64,000 nucleotides of DNA from Phoronis australis (Eukaryota; Animalia; Phoronida): the NCBI GenBank assembly GCA_002633005.1, contig NMRA01000008.1, forward strand, positions 1,724,879-1,788,878. Reading direction: 5' to 3'. Shown here piece after piece: positions 25,001 through 37,500 of this stretch. The position numbers were made by a program, and so were the translations under genes. Each line of letters opens with the position of its first letter. Within the stretch, counting starts at the first letter, position 1. The notes beneath the pieces are model-generated. The model saw only the letters and a list, made by a program, of their open reading frames with translations, had not been told where the DNA came from and did not search any database.

Positions 25001-26733
25001 AGATTTGTGTCACTCTTTGAAGTGTTGTAAATATTTAGTGTGCAGGACAAAAGAATGCACAAACGCTTAACAATGGACTAGATTAATATCTGGATTTGGA
25101 ATGCACTGTCCTCTGGAGTGGGCAATTAACAAGAGATATTTGTATTGAAATTTATGAAAAATTTCTGGTGTTGATATAAGCCACGCAAACGCCACCTTTT
25201 GAGCTGTTGCTTGTAATTGTCCACTTCGGCAAGAATGTCATGTTTATCCAATTCCTTATCTTCTTCATTAGCCAGTCTCTCAAGGTCCTACAAAGACATC
25301 CCATTGGTCCAATGAATACTTGGGAGACATGCCATTGGTCCAATGAATACTTGGGAGACATCCCATTGGTCCAATGAATACTTGGGAGACATGCCATTGG
25401 CCCAATGAATACTTGGGAGAGAGAAAGTGCCTTACATCAAAATTTGGTCAAAAGCATATTAATTACATACGCTTGGAGATTTCTTGCCTATCAAATGCCC
25501 AAGAATAGAGCAAAGCTTAAGCAAAAACCTGAGATCAAGATCACTTTAAATACATGCTGCAACTTTACTTATTGAAGACTGAGATAATGTTAAAAAAATA
25601 GTTTGACAAAAGTTTTATCCCTACTTCCATTAATACTCGACAACAGCTTTTTACGAATCGCTAAGTTTTTGTACAATGCTTAATTATTTTAATCCTTGCA
25701 TAATTAAATGTCCACCCATGTCTTGGTAGTTGAAGCTGTTGGAGCCACTAGGAACAAATACAATGGAGCATCCTGAGTTTGAAAGCTGCAGGTTCTGGGC
25801 ACTGTATTACCATGCAAAGGTGCTAAATTAAGATTCTAGTATTGTGAAACAAATTTTCATTACAGTACTTACGATTTTTGGTCAAATGTATGTACAGTGC
25901 AATACCATTTTCATTAACACAAGGTTGAAATGTGTAATAAAAAACCAGAGTATGATTAAATGCAAGCTGGATTTTTTCTTAAGACACCCTTTAAGTATAT
26001 TTTCCAAAGCTAAACAAACCTGTATTTTTGCTTTCACACTGTTCATCTTTCCTTTAATTTCCACATTCAACTTGTTCAATGCTGTCAGTGGACCAGTGCA
26101 TTGTCGTATGTCCTGGAGATGGAAAATTTCACCAGAATAAAAAGATGGCTTCACAACTTGACCTGGTTCAAGACAACAATCCGTAAAGACTTGCAATTAT
26201 TAAAGCTTAAGCTGTCATTGATTAATAAGCTGCAAGTCATAGGGCAAATCTGGGCCCCATGCTGTCTAAGAACCTATTTTCTACTTTATATTGATGCGCA
26301 CTCAAGATCAGACAATGTCTATTATTCTGTGCTTATGGTTTACCTGGATGACCGTCTAATCCAATGCAGTTGATGACCCTACAAAGCTGTAGCTTTGAGT
26401 ATGAACTCGACACTTAGATCTTTTACTTGAAATCTCAAGTTTTTACTTTGAGTTTATAACTCGAATTTAGATGGGTCATCAAGTGTAAACTTTGACTAGC
26501 TTCTCATCTGCATAATCTTGTCACAATACAGTAATATTACAAGACCAATTTTATGAGAACAAAAAGCCCAATTTCATTTTTCAGCTAAGAAAGATGCAAA
26601 ACGGCTTTAACAGATCCAGTTGAATTTGAGAGTCACATCATACCTGAACCAAGGCCCTCAACTCCAAGTCACACTTGACAATCTCCTGACTACAAAGCCT
26701 TACAGGTGTGCTTCTAACCCGTGTCTCCTCCAT
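22084..26733 (-). CDS. BNIP1: Vesicle transport protein SEC20 / BNIP1 (ER Qb-SNARE), ~230 aa
   Basis: Exons 26733-26644, 26112-26020, 25287-25196, 24127-24023, 23282-23161, 22274-22084; in phase. VRLCSQEIVKCDLELRALVQDIRQCTGPLTAL matches the BNIP1 N-terminus. ETNEEFKDMTGHITNARKLLTKYNRRELTDKLLIFLALAFFCATVLYIVKKRL is the Sec20 domain plus tail anchor. Confidence 0.95.
22590..22990 (+). mobile_element. Old tRNA-derived SINE in the last BNIP1 intron
   Basis: B-box-like GAGTTCAATTCC (~22635) followed by an AAATGGGTAC core typical of conserved-domain SINEs. Boundaries are approximate. Confidence 0.35.
25294..25420. repeat. 31-bp tandem repeat, 4 copies, abutting the BNIP1 exon 3 acceptor
   Basis: Unit agacat(c/g)ccattggtccaatgaatacttggg. 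Confidence 0.9.
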
Positions 26734-26906
26734 CACATCAATCTTTCACACGGCCCAACAGTTCATCCAGTCAGCTTGTGACGGCCTTACGATTACGTTA
26801 CTGCAAAGTATGATGTTACTATTTGATTATAAACTTCATGTTAATTCACAATGGTAAGTATGAAATAGGGCCGTCCCAGATTCCACAGCGACACTCGAAT
26901 CTCTCT

Positions 26907-26945
26907 GTATTTACCCACAATGCCGTATTTACCCACAATGCCGTA
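26907..26945. promoter_or_regulatory. Tandem-duplicated ZNF143/STAF-like site (TACCCACAATGC x2) upstream of BNIP1
   Basis: Exact 18-bp direct repeat gtatttacccacaatgcc, ~175 bp from the BNIP1 ATG. Matches the SBS consensus TWCCCAYAATGC. Confidence 0.55.
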
Positions 26946-27866
26946 AATATCCGTCAGGCACATTTGCTGCCTCGTTTTCATGCCACTGAAGTTTCACATG
27001 TTATTTGTTGTTGTCCGATTCTTCACAAGTTTTTCTCGGTTGCATTGCTCTATTTGTCCTTCCAATGTCAACGAAGTATTACTGCTGTGCTCAGTGTGGG
27101 CTGCAACTTTGACATGAAAAAGTTTAATAAACTGGACAACAGAAATACCCATAGTATTTAATTTCTGTACTTATGACCACCTGCTTTAATTAGATGTACA
27201 GAACGTGTTTGTAACTTGTGGTCAGTGGACAATATCCACCTGTAACATACAAGCACTTTAAAGCCACTTAAAGAAAGAACACGGAACGGGGGATGCTTTT
27301 TATTCATACCTCAAAACCGCACTTTATCTTGGAATTACAGAACGCATTTGAAGCATATGGTTAGACAGAAAATTTTTGTCCATACGACCACACGCTTTGG
27401 TTTCAGAGATCGTACTAGGTGTGTGTGTTTCTTGGAGATAATTTTCATACGTTTACCGAATTTGATAATTGTAAATAGCCTAAACATCGCTATGATTACT
27501 TATACTATTAATTAGTAATCAGCAATGTGTATGGCTATAGCCTCAAGGCCATTCGCTCATTCATACAGTCTCTTAACATCAAACATGGCGTCTGTTCGCA
27601 AGAGAAGTGGCTGAGAATTTCTTCAAATTTGTATAACACTGATGATCAGCTGATTTGCTTAAAAAGCGTCCCTCGCTAAAATGGTAATCAATACACACTG
27701 ACCATAGAGAAAATGCAGGCACTGAGGAACTGCATGGCAGGACCCGTTCTTTACACTGTGCATTACCCTTGATCAGAACCAGCTTACACAGCCACGAAAG
27801 TTTGTTTCGATCAGGTAGATCGAAATAAGCTCCCGTGGGCATATGGCCACAAGTACAACCATTCAG

Positions 27867-28199
27867 CAATGTTGCAGCCCAAACTGATGCCTGCGCCAAA
27901 CTGATTTTGTGCACTTCAGTTCAGCACGGGTCAAATATGCAGATCGTATGGATTACTCACATAGTAGAAGTGTTCTGTGTATTATGCACCATCACCCAGT
28001 CACCCACTCATTCAAAGAATTTCAGTTCTGGATAGTTGTTAAAAATACAAACCATTGGCAGTAATTTGGGAACTTACGGTACTTTCAGTTTGGCACAGGC
28101 ATAAGTTTGACACAGGCATCAGTTTGACTGACCAACTCGCGCCAAACTGAAGTACGATAAATCCGTTTGGCGCAGGCATCAGTTTGGGCTGCAACACTG
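27867..28199. mobile_element. MITE with ~35-bp TIRs and subterminal repeats between BNIP1 and FANK1
   Basis: caatgttgcagcccaaactgatgcctgcgccaaac versus gtttggcgcaggcatcagtttgggctgcaacactg. Internal repeats of gccaaactga/tcagtttg. No TSD recognised. Confidence 0.75.
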
Positions 28200-28567
28200 C
28201 AACAGGAACACGTCACTCAGCACACTAGCCCAGGCCACAACGAAGACGCCACTTAATGAATGACTAGTCCTCAAAAGAGAGCAGTGCTTACATAAAACAG
28301 TTTAGAACATGTAATACTAGAAATTTTCCGACATTCACGCACATTTGTGGGTTCCAGTTTCTCACAAAGCTCGTCCTTTCCTCTCGTTTGGTACTGACTT
28401 CGTCTTCTGAAGCAGACCAACAGCTACTTTCGCCCTCTAGCGATTTTTCTGACAACCAAGTTCCTTACGTCATTTCCTGGAGAAATTTTTAGCATCAGGA
28501 TACAGGCGGTTTGCTTGAGAGATAACCATCTAATACCTGAAGCTGTAGATGGTTTAATTTCAAGACC

Positions 28568-31500
28568 ATGTCCGGTAAGTAAGCGGAAAATTATTGCCAT
28601 TCTACATTCAGGACATTTGCTGTTAGTTTAATACATAATAGCCAAATAATCGTAAGTCTTTTTCCAAAGCTGGCAACGTTTTATCACGATTCAATGAATC
28701 ACGGCAACTTCACTCACTGTTCTCCACCAGTGCGGCACCAGTCACTCTGAAGTTGCGCAGCACTGAAATAAGTTGGGGACTATAGTCCCCCAGCCCCCTA
28801 TGATGCGCCGCCCATGGAATCCATGGGTGGCCCAGAACTGAAATAAGTGGGGGATATAGAGACGAGACACTGCAGATAGTTACTCAAAGTTCCTGTATGG
28901 AGGCACATACTCTGCCAGGTCTCTGCCACAGTACCTCTGGTGATAGATGAATTTCCGTACTCGTTGTGAGTACTCTCAAGCTCTGACCAGTAACACTTTT
29001 TCTGACACTTGCAAACAGAAATTACTGAAATAAGACATTTTAAAATCAGCGGGACACATTTTTAGGCAGGCATGGACAGGGACAATAAACATGTTAATTT
29101 TTACCTGGCCTTAAAGCTGCAATTAGCCTAGCTGTTTAAATGATTAACAAAAATTGAATTAGCCCTGTACTAAGCATCGGATCAGTCTCTAGAGTCCTAT
29201 TCCTTGCTTTCCATTATCTACTTACATCATTGTGTACAATTTTTTCCATGCATTGATTATAAGTGCATTTGAAGCGCGCATTTGAATACAGATTGAATGA
29301 TGTGGCATTATCAAATGATAGATTTCTATGGTGTGGGACTGTGTCTTTCTGTTTACAATATTCCTATGGAACGGTGGATATTTCTTTTTTAATCCAGGTA
29401 AATTATTTAACAGCAAATCTGAATTTCTCATTCAAAAATATTTGAAAGCCAAAGCCAGTACACAAGAGCCAGCAGTGTGGAAACTACTGTCAAGTTTCTA
29501 ATATTTCTGACTGTGTCTTTCCTTTGTACAACCAATGAAAACTGTTCATTTTAGGCTGTCACTATTTGGCATCAACAGAATTTAAAGAGGTTGAAGACAA
29601 TTTTTGCTGCTTGTATTTTTAGATAACCACTACTCTTTAGATGCCAGTCCCTATTATTTTGTGTTGATTCTGGGCCTTTTTGCTGCAAGCTTGCGGCAAA
29701 CTTGGTCTTTTGGTATGGGCACTGTTTCTTGAATTGAACTACTGGGTGCATGGACAGCGAGTCTGTAGACTGTGAGATTCTCAAATATTGGTGATGCCAA
29801 TAATGATGAGTTAAGGTAATGTATACAATGAAAGTGTCCACAGTTGGACAACTTCAGAAATGACTGATTGAATTCATATGAAGATTTCAGATAATATGCT
29901 TTATGCAGTTGTTCTCCAAAATGTTTGGAATTGTTTTATTTTCTTTCGTTGTTGCATGAAGGCTATTGAAAAATAGGATTTTTGTGATGGAACTTAAAAG
30001 TTGCTTGAAATCAAAACTTAATGTTAATTTAAAAAAATGACAGTGGTTTTAAGATGGAAATATAGATCTCAAATGAAATTTGGCCGCGTTATTGATACCT
30101 TTGTCGTACATTATCCTTAAAATCTCGGCTACTTGGGTTCCAGTGAGATTGAACAAAGCATCAGTCTGTAACCGAAAAGGTTATGAGTTCAAATTCATGT
30201 CTTAAGGTTGATCTTAAAATGATAACATTTGGTGGCTGCAGTGAAGCATTTACGGTAGCCTCGATTATAATACAGAGAGGAACCATGCTCTGGACCAACC
30301 CTGAAGGGAGCTAGGGGATAGGCTTTTGTAAGGTATTCCCTGTGATCGATAAGGGTGAGAATTATGTGGCGAATCTGTGAGATTCTGAGAGACTGCTGAT
30401 GTCAGAGAGAGATCAGTTGAATAAGGCTCAAAAATGCACGACATCACTTGCCTAATTAGCTTTCTTCTTACTAGCGAAGCATTGGGGGATTAGTTACTTT
30501 TGGATGTTATGTGTTCGATTTTGTCTCAATTTGGGCTCATATCTCAAACAGACAACAATTGCACAGTTCATGTGTCACAGTCACAGGTATGCGTATGGTC
30601 TTGACAAGTTTTGCCGTGATAAGTCTGAGATGGTTTACTCCTCTAAGGTGTTTCGCAGAAAAGTTACGGTGACAGCCACCTGCCGGAGAGTTGATAAAAC
30701 GCAATCCTTCATTAGGCAAATCTTACGCCAACAGTATTTGCGCACAAGTGGACGAGAAAGCGTGTACTGTTTACCTCAGAGTATCCAGCGAATTCCTTTG
30801 GCACATCAAAGGCATGGTGATGTTGTCACGGATTGGAGTGAGCTAGTTGCTATTCATGGACTAATGGCAGAATGACTGGATGAGGTCGTTGCAGTTAATT
30901 GTTAACCAATGCACCTGATTAGCATACAAGTTTCAAAGTCAAAAAACGAATAAGTAAGGCAAATATGAACAAATAACTGCTTTTAAAATTGAAAAGTAAA
31001 TATTAGCCTTCTTTGAATTTTTAAAATCAATATCATAAGAGAAATTAGCGAATAGGTTTTCTTCAGCAGCGTAGCTAAGCCACTCTGCATTAATTTGGGA
31101 ATCAATTAGGACAGCTTTAAGTCACGCTCACTTAGGCACTGCAGTAGCAAAACCCCAAATGTTAGCTTAGGAGTTGCGTCATGTAGTTGTAGAGGGTTAA
31201 CACATACCTTGTTTACATTAACTTGGGAATTTAAATCGGCTTAAAATCTGTTTGTGGCTCAAGTCAGTTTAAGGAGCATGTGTAAACGCTTCTGGATTAG
31301 CTGCAACAGGCGTAACCCTAACCCACTTAAGGAGATGTTTTCAAGCCAAATTGAATTCTTAGCCGATATGTACTTTGCAAGTGGCAAAAGGATATTGAAG
31401 CGCTTCAACTCAGATGGGGGGAAGTTATAATGACGCGCATACATGTGCAGATATGGGATTCTTGTGTCTGTTTTTGTCCACGATTTCATACGGTGGTGAT

Positions 31501-34500
31501 GCAGTTTGACATTCTCCAACACACTCTTATGGCAAAACAAAACGAAACCAGCAATTGTCATCACCAGGGATTCCGTAAGAACAAAAACTTAGGAAAATTA
31601 CAAATGAAAGCCGTCAAAACAGTCTAATTACCCACCATTTTATAAAAGAAGTTTTCGACAGGAAGAAGAAAAGTGCTTGTGCACAGGATTCTTCCAACAG
31701 ATGGCACAGCTTCTAAACCAACTCTGTCTTGGATGTATGAACGGGTATAGATGAAGCAATTTGAGTTGGTTGAGATAACTTGCCTTAAGTTTATAGTAAA
31801 CCTGGTAAACGTAGAGACGCAAGGATTTGAGCGAGCCCACAGTGATATGTAGATCTCCTAAATGGATATTTCAGTCCAAGGATTTGTGTAAACAAGGTAA
31901 TAACAATCATCGTCAACTGCATCCTAGCTTTTAGTTGCCAGTGGACCTTCCATGAAAATGTCGCCCGTTTGAAGAAGTTTTCCTATAACATAAGAATTTG
32001 TTTGGTGTTCAATTATCCAAAATGGCTGTTATACAATCACAGGAGACTCCAAGGACTACAACTATAACCCACTATCATCACAGATTTGAATAGGGCTATT
32101 ATCTATACTCATGCTGTGTAGGCAATTACCTAATGAACATGATAGTTCTGTCTGGTTTGTTTGTGGAACTACTTGGGGAATATTAATATTAATATATCTT
32201 GAGATATGTGCCTCCATCTTAAGATTGGAATATTTTGATAAAAATTTTGATGCTATCTGGCATTTTAACTGTAGGTGTACTGGTGTTCTCAAGAAGGTCT
32301 CTCATGCATTTTGTAGAGTTCTTGGCCATTTAAAACAACTTTGTAGGTAATTTAGTCAGAAAACTCAAAAGAATCTGACCTTAGAAATCTACTCAGTCTG
32401 TGTGGCACTCAAGAGATTTCCCCCCTGGAGCCAAAAGCTTATCATCGCCCAAGTTGCACATCATGTTTTGATGTCCACCATCTTCTATTAATTCACTGTT
32501 CAAAATTAACTTTTACTTTATAGATTCTTATTACATTGGTATGATGTGCATACCAATTGTCTAATTTACATTGTAATATACCGTAGTACTGCTATGTTTC
32601 TTAACAACTTACAGTTGTTAAATTAGTGTTACTACCACAGGGCTCGACACTGTAACGTCAACTCACCAAATGCGAATTGGCAAAATTCCCTGGTCACCAA
32701 ATGGAAATTGTGGTTGCCAAACCTTGTTAGCAAGAACCAAAATTGTAATAAACTAGATATTGGAAGGGAAAAGCTGCCGAACTTTGCACATTGCCAGTGC
32801 TCCCGAGATCACACGCTTGGGGTTTTAATAATGGATGTCCCGCATGCTTGCTAGACGACCAGTTTCCCCCTTTGAGCCAATATTGTGTGCGTAGGCCTAC
32901 CTCGTAGGGCAGATACACACAATGGAGCCCTTTTGATTTAATTGCCGAACGATTTGAACCTCCGTCGGTTTACTTCCTGTAGTATTTTGAGTTTGTACTC
33001 GGATATGGTGTGGAGACTTAATGGAGACCTGGGATTTGTACTTCGTTATCAAACAAAATCAGAGGTCGCATTGGCAACCTCCCCTTTTAATCACCTATAT
33101 CTTTGTATCTATAGCAGAAAAAGCAAGCTGGCTGAAGATTTTAAATTTGGATCAGAGCTTTTCAAGCATGGCTCAAATTAATTTCCAAACATTCCAAAAA
33201 TAGCAGAGCATGTACTTTGTTTGAATACATGTAGAAGAACACTAGGCTAATCCTGTTTGGCCAGCTTATATGATTCAAAGAGGCATGGAATGCTAAACAG
33301 TCTCATCAATAATACAATTTTAACTAATCCAAATACCTTTCTGTAACATGTTATGATGATATGAGTGCAATTCGTGCATTTATCTTCTGCTGGAAGGTGG
33401 GAGTGGTCGCGGATAGAAGTTTGAAATTGTGTTGGCCAACAGTTTTTATTGCGTGCATATTTTAAAACTGGTGAGCTGAACGCTCACAAGTCAAAGGGAA
33501 TAGCTTTCTGGGAGGGCATTATGGGAAGGTACCTCCGCTGGGATTCATTTAAATCGTATTTTGACGAGATTTCACGTTCTGTTCCTCTTAAAATTATCCC
33601 AGGGATTTTTTAGTTTCATATGTAGGTTTGCTCTTGTGGTCGGTTATTTTAATGTGCGAACAATGGTCATGCTAACTGCAGTGAAAGTTTGAAAATAGTG
33701 CAGTCAATGACATGTAACAATTTCTGGTCATAACTTACAATAAATACGTCTAACGAGAATTCTGAAGCACTTTCAAGAGCACTTGCCCATGGGCACTCAG
33801 TTGGATTCATTTCGCAAGAGCACAGGCAGTGAATAAGTGTGGAACTTTTTTTGGGATCTATCGCTTGGGTTATCTGAACGATTAACTTTCGGCAAGACAC
33901 TGCAGCTTGGACTCTAAAAAGTTATATGACCATTACATTGGTTGTTGCAGTGCCAGCAAAACCACCAGCACCATCTGTGGGGAAGGTGACTCATCACAGC
34001 GTCGAGTTAACGTGGAGCGATGCTTTAATGGAAGCCAATGAAAACCTTCTCCACGGAGACTTGAGAGTACGTGTCTGTGTTCAGGAACAGGATCCGAAAA
34101 CCAATGATTGGGGAAATGTCTACACGTAAGTAACTTTGTTGTTTGTCACTACGAATAATCTCAACAATTTAGATGGCTGACAAGTAAATTTTATTTTATG
34201 TGAAGTGCCAAATAATGTAAATATATAGATGCTGAGGTTGGTTAATTGTGAAATATGTCAAATAAACACAGAAAAATCAGGAACCCCAACTGGGAATCAA
34301 TTACCACAGGTCTCGAGATTGCTTATCTTGTGCTTTAACCACTGAGTTACTGTGCAATTAATGTTTGCAACCATCCCATGAGCGGCATTTCACCCTTTTC
34401 ACAGAGATTTGGTCAGTTATGTAATCAGCAATTTACCAGTATGTGTTAATTAGATTAGTAAATATACAGACTCTGTCAAAATAATGGTTTGCCATGTTCA

Positions 34501-37500
34501 AGTTCAGTACTGTAGCTTCCAATGGACAATATTTTGTGAACTTCTAAGTATTCACAACTATTGTATTGGATTTAATGAACATGGTGACTGTGGCAACAAT
34601 TTTTGTCTGAATAGGTTTATAGAATTTACCGTGGTAACATTTTGACTGGTCATTGTAACATGAGAAGGTGATAAGTTGTGAGCACTTTTTATTTTATGAT
34701 GATAGGAACTGAACTTTCAACCCCAGGCGAAAGATGCTCAAAGCCTTTTTTGTAGAACGTTTTCCCAAAGGGTTTAATCGTTGCTTTTTCGACTTTTGTT
34801 GTTGGCTGTATGGAGTATCCTACATGTAGGTGCCAATCTGTCTGGAACCATGCGTGATAGATAGTAGTTTGGCATGCCTCGAGATTGATTTTTATTTCCG
34901 CAATATTGATTTTTATTTCCACAATAAAAACTGCCAGTTTTGTTTTACAGTCTGCATTGTTAGTTCATTGACGTCACAGCAATTTTTCTAGAAATCTTTT
35001 GACTAAAAATTGCTTGAAAGGACGGTACAATTCTTAGTCTAAGTTTTTATTTCAACTATAATGTTTAAGATAGATTTTTAATTAAACAGTCCCTGGCTGC
35101 ATTTTTCATGAACCTGTAACATTTTTGTCGGATTTTGCTTTAGGTATAAAATTGTTGCTGTTAGTCTCCTCATATTTGCTATGAAGAAATTTGAGAAAGT
35201 GTAGTATTTAATTAAAAAGACCCCGTTATATTGCACTGTTTGTGATTTTTTGCAGCGGCTATGCTAAAAGGCACGTGATAGATGGCTTGGAACCAAGAAC
35301 GTTATACTCCTACAGAATACGCTTCATGAGTGACGATGGGAACAGTGAATTTAGTCCAACTACCAGTATTTCTACTGCCAGTAAGTTTAATAAGAGTGTT
35401 AGCATGTGAGTTGGCCGTTTTAATTATGACACATCTGGCTCTCAATTTGTAAATAATCGCCATGTTGTCGGACTTTCTTGCCGGTGTTATCAAGTAGAAT
35501 TTTTAAACATCTTGACCCCTGAATACGTGGCTGTTTTTTCATCATTAGCGGCTGCTGTAAAATTCTCAGTTTGTTTACCTATGGTAAACGCTCTCCTACA
35601 GGACACAATACCGGGTATCTAGACATGTGAAATTTTATTTTTTCATTCTTTTGTAAAAGAATTTAAATAAATTGTTCTATACCATAAATGCCTTAACATT
35701 TGTGTTAAATGAAATTCTCCAGTTACTGGTTTTGCCCCTTTTGAGGCGTGAATGACAAATTTACCCCCACAGCCTCAGTATAACATAGGACTTAGGCACC
35801 AGATCTTAATGGCTAACAAAGTGAGCTATTGTATAAGTTAGGAAAGGCTGTAATAAGTGTGATATTATCTGGTGGTAAACATCAGGGAATAATTGGGCCT
35901 AAATTACTGGTGAATCTATAAACTTGGGTATGAATTTAGAAATTTATAGTTCATTAGTCAACAGCTACAGGTGCACAATACAGTTTCATTGGGCAGTTGA
36001 ACTATGTAAATATGTCTGAGTTTCCAGTTGCCTGTGGGTAACTGACTATTACTGTGTTTAGACCAACTAAACCCAGTTGCCCCTCTTTCTATGTGGAAAC
36101 TGTTACGTAATCATTACTGATTACACCAGACAGTTATAATTGTACAGTTGTAACCCTAGTTTGTGCTTTCAGTCACTGGTGGTCAGTGCTGTTGCTTTTC
36201 AATTCACCTCCCAGTTCCTCGGTGCACCATTATTTCCATTGACATTTGACTGCAGTGCCACCCACTCAGTTATAAGGTTTCCAAGTGCCATGGTCACAGC
36301 GAGTTATAACCTCTCGCTAAACCACCCTCTCAGAGGGTTTGTAATAACGACGCTATATTTACAACTTTTAAAACTTTTAATATGTTCAGGGACTCGAGTT
36401 GTAACCTTTCAATTGATTTGAATGTTATAACCTGATACACCTTGGTGTGAACTGGTTGTAACTGTAGGAACACCAAATGAGACGATGTTTTGTGTTGATA
36501 TAAAACATTCTTGTGAAGTTTCCACTAATTGCTGAGCAGTGTAATCACCATAGAAATCAACTTTTAATTCTGACAATTATATTTAAGAGAAATTAGTGAC
36601 GAATTGCCATAGGGCCTTTATAGACCTGCTTATTGGTGTGTAAGAAAATCGTTATTCAGAACTATTATAATTATAGCATGTGATCAGAGCCCTCGTTCAT
36701 TTGTGAGGGGAAAGGTGCCTGACTGCCTGTGCCTTCTGAGGGGGAATTGTTCCGGTGATGGGAAAATTGTCTCTTCCCATGGTCACCATCAATAGTACGA
36801 CCACCCCCTTTGCTTCCCCATAACTGAGCTCTGCCTCAACTTTCCAAAACCTTACATTTTCTACTGTTACAAATCGTTGCCTGCAGGACTTACAACTGAT
36901 TCTACCTGGAGAGGAATTTTTGAGCCTGATAAGGAGGATTTGTCATTTTGATCAAATATTTTTAGAGGGGTCTGTGGGGCCGATATTCGATCCTACAGTG
37001 AGGGATAGAGTGCTCTTATAGTGATCCTCTTGTTTTGATTGTTATCCTGTGATTTATTGCACAAAAAATTAATAAAAGTTTTTTTGTTGTTTTTTATTAG
37101 GGATTTCAGTCATTTACTAATTGTCATCACTATCTCAGATATTCTGTCTTCCACTCTTTCTGTCCAACCTTTCAGTCCTAATGTATGATAACCTGTGTGT
37201 AAACCCAAATTTGCCATTCTTCCATTGTGACCTCATCCAATTACAGTGTTCAACAGGCTTCTATATTGTATAAACACCCCAAACTAATATTGGTCTCTAG
37301 GTAAACACAATTCTCTTTGCAGACTGCTTGCTCCTGGGTGTGTGTTTAGCATGCTGGCTTACACAATGTACACAGTGGATTGTGAATACATCATATCTAG
37401 CCTATTGAATGACAATGCCTTTAAAATGTGGGCCAATATAAGCTTTTCAGCTTAATAAATATCACTGGCTGTGATGCCAGCATGTCTAATATTCAGTCTG

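Noticed and set aside
33168-33203. ATGGCTCAA as FANK1 start
   Set aside because: In-frame stop after 11 codons and no donor site.
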